Assembly (NCBI GenBank): GCA_037447605.1
Contig: CM074808.1
Coordinates: 3,410,001-3,474,000, forward strand
Reading direction: 5' to 3'
Origin: Zygnema circumcarinatum SAG 698-1b
Taxonomy: Eukaryota > Plantae > Zygnematophyceae
DNA length: 64,000 nt
The translations under genes and the position numbers were made by a program. Numbering within the stretch: the stretch's first letter is position 1; each line of letters begins with the position of its first letter. Shown piece after piece: positions 35,983 to 49,060 of the stretch. The notes below the pieces were generated by a model. The model was given only the letters and a program-made list of their open reading frames with translations, made no database searches and was not told the origin of the DNA.

Positions 35983-38900
35983 TCACGAGGAATCAGAGAC
36001 TCGTTCAGCCCCCTTCTCGCCGGTCTTCCCCAGCAGACCACGGCGCTTCTTGTTGCGGGCTCTCTCCCTCTCCTCCAGCCGCCGCACTCCATTCCCCACA
36101 GTGCTCATGTAGTAAAGGCCGTGGGTCACCATTGGCGCCAACAGGTTGCCGGTCTGCTTCCATCCCAATAAACTGGTTAGTATAGCTTCCTGCTTAGCGA
36201 AGATCTGCATCCCCTGTAAACAGCTTCATTTTCCTCTCTCCTTGAGAAATCACTAGATTGATTCAATTCCTCATTCTCCTTCATAATTGAACACTTTTTC
36301 TAACCATTCAAGGACTTAAAAAGACATACCGCAAGCCACTCGAAGCCGAGGTACAGCGACAGAAGAGACTCCATCAGTGGTGAGTAGATCTTCTTCAACT
36401 TCTGATGCTCGTGCCATGCTGTACACACGGCAGCCAAAAGTCCACCCCCTCCATTTTTACTTTCAGCAGAGTTCAGAACTACCCCAGACACATACCTTCA
36501 ATACGGATTAAAACATCCAAATTTAAATACAAAAGAATCCAGGAGCTCTCAAAATCAGCACAGGATGGATGAGTCCAGACGCACAATTCATCTAGAAAAA
36601 TAGGAAGACGCAAATTTCTCAACCTGTCCCGAGGAAACAAGAGCAAAAACGTGTGTCATCCTAGCCTGATAGACGAGACTGTTCAAACCCCTCACCTTCG
36701 ACTGACTTCCGCATCTCACGTGGGTTGCCTCTGGCCACCACCACCTTCGGATCTGTCCTTCCAAAGCAAACCTTTCAATGTCAGAGAAAACCATCCCAGC
36801 AGCCCATACAAAGTCAGCCAGAAAACCGCTTCTAACAAGCTCAAAAGCTGCAGTTTCCGCCTTTTTCCAGATTTCCTCCGGCTTCACAGAGTGCAGGTTT
36901 CCCCACAGGTTTCCAAGGCAGTACTTTAATTTGGGATGATATTCCGGCATTCACCTTTTGGAGTCGAGATGACATAGAACATGGAGCCTGTGATCGCTGC
37001 CGTCAAAACCGCCGCCATGGCTTGCGAGCAGGGCCCGAAGCTGGGCAATATTCCCGTCTGATGCCAATCACCCATTCCAGAAGCAGGCGAGCAACATAGA
37101 AGGTTGGGATTAGGTCCTGTCGACTCAGTACTAGCACAGGGTACTCACATCACTACCAAACTATATGTAATACCTCCAAAAGTAAAGTTTCCATTCCACC
37201 CGTTTTCTTTCTACTCCATCCCTTTCCTTAGACTCACCAACGCAGCAATTCCGTAGGTAGTCTCATTCACGCCCCGACCGCTCATCTGCAGGGCGTGGGC
37301 CAGGCCTCCCTGCACGGCTGATCGGAAAAAGTACTCCTCCGCAACAGCGGCAGCGGTAACAATAAGGGAATACTGCATTCAAGAAGAGGACAACGTCTTG
37401 AGGATCACGTGATATTGAAAACAACAATTGCCATAGAAAACAACAGCAAAAGAAGCGTGGGCGCAGCTTTCACCAAATTTCACACCACAATATTACACCA
37501 CAATATTATCATCCGATTAGATTCATGCGACGTTTGAAGAACGAATTCGCGTGGCTGAATAGGAACTGATAGGGCATAGAGCAGCAGCTTACCTGCCACC
37601 ATGACATGCCCACAAAAAAGTCCGCCAACTCCTCATCCTCCGCATCCCTGATGGCCCTTGCAGGGGCCCAACTATCTACCACAGAGTCCTGAACATCCAT
37701 AAAGAAGAAAAGGCTAATCATTAGACCATGTTGTTCATCCGTCCCACACTTCTCTCACTGAGAGAGGTCGACAGGTAACAACCAATGCTAGGTGAGACTG
37801 CCTACAGAATAGGAAGTTATGCTACCTCACCTGATGCAAAACCAAGGAGCCAAAGATAGGGAGCAATGCATAAAGCAAGGCACTGTAGAAATCTTCCGCA
37901 TCGAGGCGAAAGCCTCCGCCGAACTCCACCCCTGCCGCATCACAGATGAACTTTCCAACAAGCGCCATTCCTCCATACATGGCTGCCACATATCATCGAA
38001 GACAAACCCAAAGTATTCAGAATATATAGTAAGCCACAAAATGGGTCAGATACACAACACTCAGGCTCCGTCAATCTACCCAACAAATGTCTACTTTCGT
38101 GTTCAAGCCCTTCATGGAGTTACGGTCCAAATGATAAGCACTTTTCTCACCCAAACTGTAGAGCAGTCTCACAGTGACGCTGAGCTGCCCTCCCACGCTC
38201 TGCGTCACGACAGTGATGTCAAATGGGCGGCTCTGGCGGGCGAGCTGTTCGGCTCCCCACTCTGATTGCTGCACCATCAAGACACAAATCCACGGCCGAC
38301 TTCAGGAGGGGAAGGGAGAGGGGTTACCAGCACGGATTCCTTGCAAAGCAAGAGAAACTCACCAGGTTGAAACTGCCGTTTCAACGAGCACATGAGAATT
38401 TCTAGTGTTTGGGACAGACAGAGTGATGATCATGGACGAGACGAAACAATGAGGGAAAAAGAGACAGCACTTGACTACCAGGAAACATTCCAAGGACTGA
38501 GAAGCTCCAGATTCTCCGTGGGTATTGGAAAAGTGACAGGCGGTCATGTAGTCAGTCCATTGTGCAACCAGGGAGACAGATTATTGTATACCAGCAGGGC
38601 GGGAAAGGTGATGTAATCATTTATATCATGAGCAGCCAGACAGGTAACCTCTCAACGCATGTGGGACTAAGAAATCGAGTAACATCCGGTAGGTGCTACA
38701 GTTCTGCAACAAAAGCATACATGGACGCCAAAGTCCTTCTTAAGAACTATTAGCAAACATGTGGACCATTATTTCTTGCAAATTGATCACCACGTTAGGG
38801 AAACAAAACTAGAGTTTGCGATCCGCCCTCAGGGCGTAAGAGACAAACAAGATAGAATTAAACATACTCCAGGATCCAGACATAGATCCGTAATGGGACA

Positions 38901-40125
38901 AGTGATGCGGACTCTGCATGGCCATAATATGTAACAACGCGGATCCTACAATCAGGCGAAGAGGGGCTAGGTCTGTGAAAAAATATGGTGAAGTGACAAC
39001 AGACGCGAAGATGGCTGGTAAACGATTCATCTCTGAATGATACTGGGTCAATTCTCAACACATCCGCAGCATCCAGGCCAAAAGCTTGTCGCTGTATCTG
39101 TTATACCATCTAGAGAGAAAGCCAGTTCACTAAAAGGAAATATCAGATGAAAACAAAGGAAAATGGACTTGCATTGAAATTTCGAACGACCGTGCGATTG
39201 AAACATTCACTTGGCAAAAAGAAGAAAAACGATGCATGTGGTGAATATGGACGAACGGGGGAAGTTTGCTTTGGAGGGTCCAAAAAGAAAGGAAAGAGCC
39301 ACTTCACAAAGATCTTATACCCGTGAGATTTCCGAGTTGGAATGAGTAAAAGTTACGCAATTTCTCGGAGAATACATCACCATTCGTGCAAATGTATGAA
39401 GATAGGTGCTTCGAAGCTTGGTAGGTACCTGTAGAACTAAAACCAAAGAATCTGCAGATTCTCTAAGCAAATAGTCTCCTCATCGACGACAGACGTTCAC
39501 TTTCGACAATCTCATCGCACTCCCGCCCCTTATGCCACCTTCAAATTATCATCGGCTATTCCAGCACTCCATGGCAGGCCTGCTGGTGGCATAAAAAACC
39601 GTATCACACCATAAAGCAGCCGCAGTGCGGACGTACCTCGAGGAGACTTTGCTGCCTGTGAAGAAGCTGCTTCGACACTTTCTTATTCTCACTCCCCCCT
39701 CCTCCCGCTCCACCGTCTCCTCTGTCTCCATCCCCGCCTGCTGCTTTCACTGCCATCCGCATACCGCTCTGGTCCTGCCTTCCGCCTGACAACACGTGGC
39801 TCCTCTCACCTCCCCACCCCTCTCCTCTCAGTCTACAGCTACTCGCTCCTGTACATGTAAACTTTTCAGCTTCCACACATCGAGTCCTCCTTGCTGTAAA
39901 CTGAAAGGCGTCTACACAACAAGTCGAGGTTTGGTCTTCCCGGATGAGCACACTGCCACCAACTGAGCGATCTTCTGGCCTCCAAACGCTTTGCTGCGTG
40001 GAGAAAAACGCGTATTGATTCATGTTTGAAGGACATGCCAAAGACACTCCCGCATCCGCACGGAAAAGATGCCCCGAAAATGCTCGGCTGGCACTTGTTC
40101 CGCTCCGGGCCGTCGCACTCGCCAT
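35983..40125 (-). CDS. BCM1: Chloroplast CPBP/CAAX-protease-like protein of the BCM1/BCM2 type; exons 40125-39637, 38268-38151, 37982-37831, 37688-37593, 37372-37238, 37057-36955, 36752-36696, 36418-36330, 36153-35983
   Basis: MYGGMALVGKFIC, ARAIRDAEDEELADFFVGMSWWQ, AEEYFFRSAVQG, KKIYSPLMESLLSLYLGFEW and NLLAPMVTHG match Arabidopsis BCM1 as recalled. The exon 1-2 junction may hide extra small exons. Confidence 0.88.
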
Positions 40126-42340
40126 GCTTCTCAGTCGCTCAGCAATATCTCTAAACTCCACTGCAATCTCCCTGCCTCCCAAAACTTACAATCACACTCG
40201 CAGCCTGCAGCACCTGCCCTTCTCTCTCCCAAAAGCGTTGCTAAACTAACACGAAGCGTACTAAAGCAGCTCCCTCCTCGATTCCTGAACACTCGCAGGC
40301 CGCAAAACCTGCTACTGCTGAGCAGAAGGAGCAAGCAGGCGCCGAGCAGCTGACCAAATTAGTAATCAGTGATCCTCCAAGCCCACAAGCAGGCCGCCCG
40401 CCCTCTTCGACCTCCAATGGTGCTCAAAGCGACGGAGGAGGAGAAAGAGAATCTGTATCTCTCTCCTGAAAGCATTTCCTCGATGAAGGCCCAAGGGAAC
40501 GCATGGACCAATCAAAGCTCTCCACGTAGGACAGTTTGCCTACGTGGCAGACACCGATTGGTCAATGTCAGGGTACGTTATACTGCAAGGCCTCCCCAGA
40601 GCCATGCGACCATCCATCCATCCAAGACCGCTACAAAAATTCCTTGCGCGTCAATTTCCATAAAAACAAAAAACATTGCTGTCGTTAGCGTGGAGCATCT
40701 CATAAATATATTACAAAAATATTCCCTCTGGAGATGGTGAAAAATACTTCAAGCCAATCAGAAACGTTTGCTGCCCGAATTTTAGACATTCCGTTCCGTG
40801 CCAAGAAAAACGGCCGCGAATTACAGAGCGAGGGTCCAGCGAGGCAGGAGTTTTGGATAGAGTGGTCCACGTGGCCTTTCCTCATTGGAGATACGGATTT
40901 CCCGCCAGCTGGACCTGCGGCGCCGTGTGAACGCCCCCTCCCAGAGCGCGGGAGGACGCGCCCTCTCCCTGCCACGCTGGCACCCGGCGGGCAACCCGAG
41001 GCCGGCCCGGGCGGCGAAAAACGACAATCGGGCAATCGCCCCGCGGGATAGCGGGGATCCGGCGGAGCCGCGGGGCGCCACGTGGCGAGTGGAGGCGCGC
41101 TGGAAGGCCGCTTTAGGACGGACAGGGAAGGGGGGACAGGGGGGTCACGTGACCCGGGTCATGCCCTTATGGCCCATTCTCATGACCCAGGGGGTCAGTC
41201 GTGACCAACATGGACCATTGGGTGGCTTTAGGATTTGCAGCATTGCATGGTAGTTAGTGGTTAACCAAAAAGTCGATTCCTGGTTTATAGTTTGCATTGT
41301 TTCTGTGGCGTAACTCAACAAGTTTTTCGTTATGTTTGGAGATTTTCCGCTTTTGGTACTTGGTTCTCGTTCAATTTACAGTAATTCGTAGTTTTAGGCC
41401 CACGCCAGAATGAGTTTTGCAAAGAGGGCGATTGGTGACAAAAACTTAGATTTTTCGTGAAGGATTGACAGTTTTGGTAGCTGCAAATTCATTTCTGATT
41501 TTGTTTTTGGCTTCACCAATTCACCCTATCCAAACTTTGCGGCGAAGTACAGATCGTTCAACATAATTCAAAGCTGAGGGGCCACCTCTGAAGACTCTCC
41601 TTTGCGAACTATCGTCGCTCATCTTCCCATGACGACAGGTCGCTTCACAAAATATGTGCATAGAGCGCACACTGATTGGAAGGTACGCACCTACAGATTG
41701 AAGGCCCAAGCAGGCTTGCCAGAGTTGTGATTGCGAAGATCGGCTAGTAAACGACCCTCAATCTGCATACACCGTCCGGTTCGCAAACAGAATCTGCATA
41801 TGTATGTGAAGTGAGAATGGTCATCTCCGGGCGTGACCACGGATCGTAACCTTGTAACCTCCCACCTGCAAGTGCTGAGAGTATGACGGAACTAAGTCTT
41901 CACGTTTCCGAGATGTATCGAGCGGACTGGACGCGCTCATCGACCATCTAATACTGCAGGTGGCTTGAGGCAAAGCTAGGGGCACTGTCCCAACTTTGTT
42001 CATACTCAGCATCAGGTGCTCTGAATCAAATTACCAAGCAGCAAACAATGCACCAGAGTTCCCACAGCAGCAAAGCGTCTATCCTGCTAGAGGGAGCATA
42101 CGGCAGCAAGGGACAGACGCAAGAGAGGCAATTTAATGTTTCGTTGACAACATTTAGCACAAAGTCGGACAATCAACCATAGTCCGAACAATTGCTCGGC
42201 ATACGGGAACACATCCAGCTGATGCCTGGGAACCAGTCATTTGGATTAATATCTTCAATGTACAAGTATGTCGCGCAGAATTAACAAAATTGACACCTAA
42301 TTACAGGCTAACGATAAAACTGCGAGCGCATTCCTTAAAT

Positions 42341-43411
42341 CTACTGACCGGGGGTGAAGGCGGTGGCGTATGCCCAGGCGTTGTTGACAGCGGGGTCAGC
42401 AAGGTGGTCGGACAAGTTCTGGAGGGGAGACTTTCCGGTGACGATGGCCTGCACGAAGAAGCCGAACATGGAGAACATGGCGAGGCGTCCGTTCTTGATC
42501 TCCTTCACCTTCAACTCGGCGAAGGTCTCGGGGTCGTCAGCCAGACCCAGGGGGTCGAAGCTGCCGCCGGGGTACAGGGGGTCGGTCACCTCTCCCAGGG
42601 GACCGCCGGAGACACGGTAGCCCTCAATGGCTCCCATGAGCAGCACCTGCGTTCCGAGGATGGCGAGGATGCTCTGCGCGTGGATGAGGCTGGGGTTGCC
42701 GAGGTAGTCCAGGCCGCCGTCAGCGAAGATCTGGGCACCGGCCTTGAACCACACGGCCTCGCCGAACTTCACACCGCTGTTGGCAAGGAGCTCGGGGAAC
42801 AGGCAGCCGAGGGCTCCCAACATGGCCCAGCGAGCGTGGATGACCTGCGTCCGAAAAGCGTTTGACCGTTAGTGAGTTTTAACCGCCATAATGCAGAGTC
42901 TGCAAAGGCTTTGCATTCAGGACTACGCCCTAGACCGTTATGATCCAAAAAATGCACATTACAAAAAGATTCATGTTCATTGACCAAGGCACTGACAAGC
43001 TGCAGGTCAGCCAATCTCTGAAGAAACCCGAGGCAGGCGTACAAATGCAAAGTTACAAACATACTTCATGCTCCAAGCCACTTGTGTCACCAGTCAGGAC
43101 AGCAAGCTCTCGCAACGCACCTCAAGCTCGCGGTTCTTGGCGAAGCTCTCGGGGTCAGCGGAGAGGCCGGCGGTGTCCCAGCCGTAGTCTCCGGGGTACT
43201 CGCCGGTGAGGTATGAGGGGGTGGCGGCGGAGAAGGGGCCCAGGAACTTGGGGCGGTCAGGGCCGTACCAGATGGACTCGGAGGCCTGGACCTTGGTGCG
43301 GCGCATGGTGACACGCGCCTCGCTGCTGCCGACCTGGCGGGCAAGCTCGGCGGTCTGCCCGACGAAAGTGGAGGCGGCGGTCATTGCGGGGGCGGCGACG
43401 AGGGCGGCCAT
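42341..43411 (-). CDS. LHCB: Major LHCII protein subtype B (copy B3), 264 aa, exons 43411-43121 and 42844-42341
   Basis: 276-bp intron homologous to the B2 intron; G-box GCCACGTGGC near 43602 upstream. Confidence 0.97.
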
Positions 43412-44669
43412 GGCTGCTGCTGCTTAAAGCTCTTGGAAAAAGATTGGAAGCTGAGAGAGTTGCTTGCAGGGTGCTCTTGCACTGCGTTGCAGTGCGCTAT
43501 TTACATTTCAGGGAGCGGATTGGACAGGCGCATGGCGCCCGGCCCCTATCTGGAATGGCGGCCGCTGATTGGCTGGGCTAATTTTGGTCGCCGCTTTGGC
43601 AGCCACGTGGCAATAATTACGCTTACGTGGCAGGCCGGTTGGAGGCTGACCCGTTGGAGAGGGCCAGCGAGGGCCGCTGATTCGCTCACGGCGTGGCCGG
43701 AAATCGAGGCGGGAAAGTCGGAGAGAGGTTCAGTCAAAAGGACGAACCAGTTTGAGCGTTCGCACGGTGTGAATGGTCAGAACGGCTCCTTGCTGGATAT
43801 TGCGACACGTTGACAACCGCGTGCCTTTACGGGTACTTTTGCGCCCAACCCAAATTTTGGAGCCGGCCGGTAAGGAATCCTAATCATATCTATGCGAGCC
43901 GGAACTCGAACCCTAATTTTGTAACCCTAACCCATGTACATTTGATGGCCTCGCCATCGTGAGATCAACGCCACCTCCACCTAATTTTTCATTACCGGTA
44001 GCCTAATTTTTATCCACATTGGCAAGGTTTTTGACGATGGTTCTGGTTTGTACCATTAGAAAAGATTGCGAATCATCATTGCCTATAACATATGGCAGAG
44101 GCTATTGCAGAAGCTAACTATAATTTGCTTGACCTGACTAGTAGTTCGGCAGATGGTCTCAGAAAGCGTGAAGCATGAGATGATACTTCAGTTTCGCCCT
44201 GTAGCCTCTCTGCTTGCCGCAACTCTCGTTCGGCTTGCAACGACATCTTCATGAAACGAGGCTTAGAAAGGCGCGAGGCCTCTTTCCAGACAACAGGAAT
44301 GGTTCGTCATGGCTGAACTGGCAGAAGGTAGCAAGAGGGGAAAGCCGAGGATTGTAGACGACGAGGGCGCATACTTCTGATGCATGTGTGATGCGGAACC
44401 TTCAGCTCCATTAGCAAGGTGGAACATGTGTTTTTATTGCACTTTGCTTCTTGTTATTTCGAGAGGGAGGAAGGGAGTAGAAAAGGGGGAGAAAGCCGAA
44501 GGGGGATGGGGGAATGGGCGAGAGGAGATCGGATAAAATCTCTGATTGCAACGAGCGCCGTCAAATAGGAATTTCAACGTAGAACAAATTGACACAAAGG
44601 AAAATGGCGAATTCAATGAAAAAAGAAAGAATCGTTCTATTATCAGATGCATTGATGCGTATCGGAGTG

Positions 44670-46198
44670 CTAATTTTTCGTTGCCGCTGCTGAGTCTGCT
44701 GCAGGAGCTGCACTGTCCATGAAGTACTCGGTCTGCCGAAGGTTCACACCATACTGCAACCCCCACCTCACCCAACATGCATGAAGAGACAATAAAAAAA
44801 CATAAAAAAGGGAAAGAAGATATGCTGTTTCAAATATTCCCAGCACTTTACTGCTATTGATGTCCTCGAACGTGCAGTGAGGGGCTAAGAGCAAAATACC
44901 TCCTTTAGAGCGCAAGCCAAATCTTCCGTACTCAATACCAACCTCCTATCCTGCCAAGCACAAAAACAAATATATATATATATATATATATAACAAAACC
45001 ATAGGTCAAATTAAAGTGAAATCTCAGCTGACATCTGCGTGCCTCCTTTCCGTTCCTCCTCTCGCACCACTGTCTCACCCTCCATCTCTACTTCCTCCCC
45101 CTTCCCTCGTTCGCTCTCACTCTCCCTCCTCCTTTCGCCTTCAAAAAGTGGAGTAAAGAGAACCAACCTGAGTTCGAGTATTCTTATCTTTCGTTGCCGT
45201 CGACTGCCTTATTCTGCAGTACCTGGAAACCCCCTCACCCAACCCTAACCTCTCAATTGCGAAAGCTCCACTTTGAAAGAGAAAGACAGCCGCTTTAGGG
45301 TTAAGGTGCTTTTTTAAGTTTAAATCAGCTCGCACCAGGAGTCACGGCTACGAAACTTCAGCGGACTCACAATTCACCAGAAACGACAAGAAAAAAAAAT
45401 GAAATCCCGAGCGGCGTGCACTATGTCATTGCATTCTAAACTGATGAGCGCATAATTCTACAATTGAAAAAATCATCATCGTGCCTCAGTACTCACTGCA
45501 ACGAGTCGCTTGCAATTTCTCCAATGAACTTTTGAGCAGCTAGCGAAATGAGGCGGGTGCTGCTTCAACCAACCGCACATTCCCTACTGTCAATACTAAT
45601 GGTTGTGAATGCTTCAAGCAGGCGTTCATGCCCCGGCAAATGGGCGTGAGAGCAGAGGGAGAGGGAGTGAGAGCAGAGGGAGAGGGAGTGAAAGCGTAAT
45701 AGTGTAAGACAGGCCGAGAGTGGTGGAATGCATAGAGGGGAAGGAGAGAGGGCATAAAAGACGCGACGGAAAGGAGAGGGGAATAAAGTGGAGAAGCCTG
45801 ATAGGGACCAGACGTGCGTATTGACGGTGAAGAGTAACTGAAAAAATTAAAGAAGAGCGAGAGAAGCGAGCTAGAGGGGCTGCAATTCCTCACACGCGCT
45901 TGTCAGGACAGCTGAAGCCGCTGCGCGCCAAGCAATCCTCCGTCAGCTCGTCGGGAATCTGCTTGTCATTCCACAGGGAGACAATAAGTCACCTCTGCGC
46001 TCTCTTCACCGCCCTCTCTCCCTCTCACACACTCGTCTCCCCCGTCCTCCCAAAGCTAGTCCCTTTCCAAACTCTAACCCTAATTGAACAGGCGCAGGAC
46101 ACGTTCGGCGAATATCCACTCTTCAAAGCAGCCCTTACCGTTGGCGCGTAATCCTCCAGCGACGCCACGAACTCCTCCGGCGTCATACCTCCCTCCAT
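44670..46198 (-). CDS. TAF10: TFIID subunit 10, exons 46198-46139, 45958-45894, 45559-45497, 45222-45168, 44950-44900, 44753-44670
   Basis: EEFVASLEDYAPTIPDELTEDCLARSGFSCPDKRVTRLISLAAQKFIGEIASDSLQYC...RLVLSTEDLACALKEYGVNLRQTEYF; phases are consistent. Confidence 0.93.
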
Positions 46199-46869
46199 GG
46201 CCGCACCTCCTCCCTCTCTCCCTTACGGCGCCCTCTCCCTCATCTCCCGCGCAGAAAAGTCAAATCTGCCCTCCCTCCATCCCTCCCTCTCTGGCAGGCT
46301 CCATGTTCGCAGATCAGTCGGAAGGTAGCCCATATCGGACGTGTATTCGATACGGATCGGTTTATCAAATTGTGTCACCTGACTCACCTCCATACATTAC
46401 GAAATGTGCTCGATATCAGCGGGTAGATATCGACTGGCGATATTATCAGTGGATTACGAATTGGCGAGATATATCGAGAAACTAGAATAATTTCTTAAAA
46501 TCGCACCACAGGTGTTGTAGTGGACATTTGGCATGTCTTTCAAAATGTATTTATTCAAAAATGGACAAATTTCACAAATAAGCATTGCAAGAATGTGTGC
46601 TGCACAGTAGCTTTTGCTCAAGGCTTTGTTTTATCACCACGCTGTATTACAAAATGTTTCCTTCCTATACTCTTAACTTACCCATGTGGGTGAGAAATAT
46701 GTTAAAAATCACACAACTCTGTGATGCTAAACTACCGTCTACAGCCGCGCGCCACGTGGCCAATCTCGACGCCCCAAGGACGATTTGAGAGCAACCATCC
46801 AAAGAAGCAACACGCCTCCTAATCCCTGTCCCTCTACAGCCTCATGAATGCAGGCACATCCACTCCCTT

Positions 46870-46940
46870 CCGTCAGGAAAAAATTAGAGTGTTTTTCGTA
46901 TTCGTCCACGGGAAACTCACGAAAAGGTTTCATCATGCGG
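46870..46940 (-). ncRNA. Box C/D snoRNA with a D-box guide complementary to 18S rRNA GAAAAAAUUAGAGUGUU
   Basis: C box ATGATGA (46936-46930), D box CTGA (46876-46873), CCG/CGG terminal stem; 17-nt antisense (46877-46893) abuts the D box. Confidence 0.85.
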
Positions 46941-47181
46941 CACTAGTAAGAAAAATTCAAGTCAGCTTCTACAGAGCACTCGCAGACGCTGATCGGGCCT
47001 GACATCCGTCGCAATCGCTGACGGTCAAAACAGTCATTGCAAGGGCAAACTGCTTCCAAAGACATAGAGACCTTCACCCTTGAGACAAAGCCTCCTTTCT
47101 CACCATGAAACCGACACACTCACGCATCTCTAGTCGCAACAGACCTCCACCCGCAGCAACGCTCATGACATGAGCTACACA

Positions 47182-47259
47182 TGTCCATCAGAATTAGCAT
47201 GATAAGCCTCATGTTCCCGAAGGAATCAGTTGGAGCTCGTTGTTTATCATCATTGGACA
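47182..47259 (-). ncRNA. Box C/D snoRNA, snR53/snoR53Y-like guide CATGCTAAT (copy 1)
   Basis: C ATGATGA (47253-47247), D' CTGA (47229-47226), D CTGA (47191-47188), 6-bp stem TGTCCA/TGGACA. Confidence 0.8.
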
Positions 47260-47313
47260 CGTTCACATATGTGACGAAAACTGCAACACTTTGAAGGACA
47301 TGAGTGGCATGTC

Positions 47314-47391
47314 TCCGTCAGAATTAGCATGGTGTGTGAGATTCATATCCCAAAAGGAATCGCTTGAAGATCATAGTCAGTCATCATTGGA
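47314..47391 (-). ncRNA. Box C/D snoRNA, tandem paralogue with guide CCATGCTAAT (copy 2)
   Basis: C ATGATGA (47387-47381), D CTGA (47321-47318), TCC/GGA stem; same guide as copy 1. Confidence 0.8.
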
Positions 47392-48623
47392 TATGCTCAC
47401 AGGAACAGGCTAGTCATACTCACACACCTCAATACAGGTGATGCCAGGCACGCAGAAAGTAGTTTTATCTACGCTGCCCACATGATGTGAGAATCATCCC
47501 ATGATTGACATGAGGGTTTTTCCGAGCCACGCAGAATTGTACAGCTTTGAAAATGACATGCAAGACATAGCCAAGCGCTCAGTTCAAGAAGTCGTTTTTT
47601 CTGCTGTGCTCACACGATGCAAAGACCATAACAAACGCCATTTGGCATCTCTCCATAGCACACTTCTCTATCTTCAAACCTTCCCGGGTGGTGCGAATAC
47701 CCTTAACCAGTTCAACAAAGTGCCAGCGCTCAAGCCAAGGAGTCATGTGAAGCGAAAAGAAGTCACATCCATCAGGCGGTACACCTTCATTGAACTTTCC
47801 ACAACAGCCCTAAAACAGGCTCTTCAATGTAAGATAAACAAAAAGCATCAGCAGGTACCCAGCAGAACTAGGTCGAGTTGTCAGAAGACACTTATTTATG
47901 GCAGAAGGAGATTTTCCCAAATTCACCATATTTCAGAATGCTATGCACCCACCCTGAAGTAATAAAGCATCATAGGGAAAACCACAGACTTCCGCCTTCG
48001 GTGAATGTAATGATATTATACACATACAATAGCTGTGAATTCCGAACAATTTGATTTACAATAGAAGAAGGCTGCAGCAGACTTTCAACTCCTCTCCTCT
48101 TCGCCCTCTCATCTCCGCAAAAGCACTTGAACAGGCAGTCCCAGCCGTCAGGATAAGGTCAAGCCATCGCTTAGGAAAATCTGCCAAACAAAACAACAGA
48201 TGAAATGTCACCGTCTGGGCTTCCTTGAACGAACTGGAAGTAAGATTTCATCAGCAAACAACGGAACAGAACTGGTCTGCAATATCTGAGAAAAAGTCAA
48301 TTCAACATATCTTGGCTCCGATTAAGAAATTCAACCATTTATTTTTTCGCTTCATTGGCGCGAGCCTCAGAAGCGCGGATAAGTTTCTCGTCATAGCCAA
48401 AGCGATATCATAAAACACCATCCAACAATTCACGAAACGTCGATTCAATTTGAGTCACTAAAGCCTGGAGTATCAAAGAAACTGAATACAAGCCTTGGCA
48501 TGGCTTAGACTGACTAAGTTTGGACACGGGAATCAGGCTGGCACCTAGCCAAGACATGAGCAGGAAACAAGGATAATCACATCAGCGACCAAACTTGCTC
48601 GACTAAGCATGTCACAAGGATAC

Positions 48624-48710
48624 AGAGCTCAGGCAATGCGATCCAGTTTCTCGATCACTGAACATCAGTAGCAGAACTGGCATGAACTGGTTAAAGCTCA
48701 TCATAGCTCT
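48624..48710 (-). ncRNA. U38: Box C/D snoRNA, U38/SNORD38 (yeast snR61)-like
   Basis: AGAGC/GCTCT stem, C ATGATGA, D' and D CTGA; GCCAGTTCTGCTA-CTGA is complementary to LSU rRNA AGCAGAACUGGC, as in SNORD38. Confidence 0.88.
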
Positions 48711-49060
48711 GTTCCAAAACCTTTCTTTCAATCCTCCAACTACACAGAATGGGCGTATAAAAAGACATCAGGCAGAGATAGCAAATTTACAGAGACATCA
48801 ATGACACGAAAGAAAAGAAAGAAAAGATGTTCAGGTTGCAGTGGCATAACAAAAATAGGAACATCCAACGCACTTACCCAAATCTCGCGCTGCATCAAGA
48901 TATGCCGAATCCAAGCAAACAGTAGAGTATGAAGCTCTCACATCTGCCTGCAGGTTCAGGTTTCACATGCTGTTAAGCTCGCCAGCACGAAGTTCAATGT
49001 GGCTTCAAGGTTTAAGCATATCAAGCGCAATTGTAACAAAAGGACAACTTCCAGACAGCT

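Noticed and set aside
47760-48600. Further partial C/D-like box pairs (ATGATGC, ATGACGA, several CTGA)
   Set aside because: Non-canonical C boxes, no terminal stems and no guide I could match; left for an Infernal or snoscan search.
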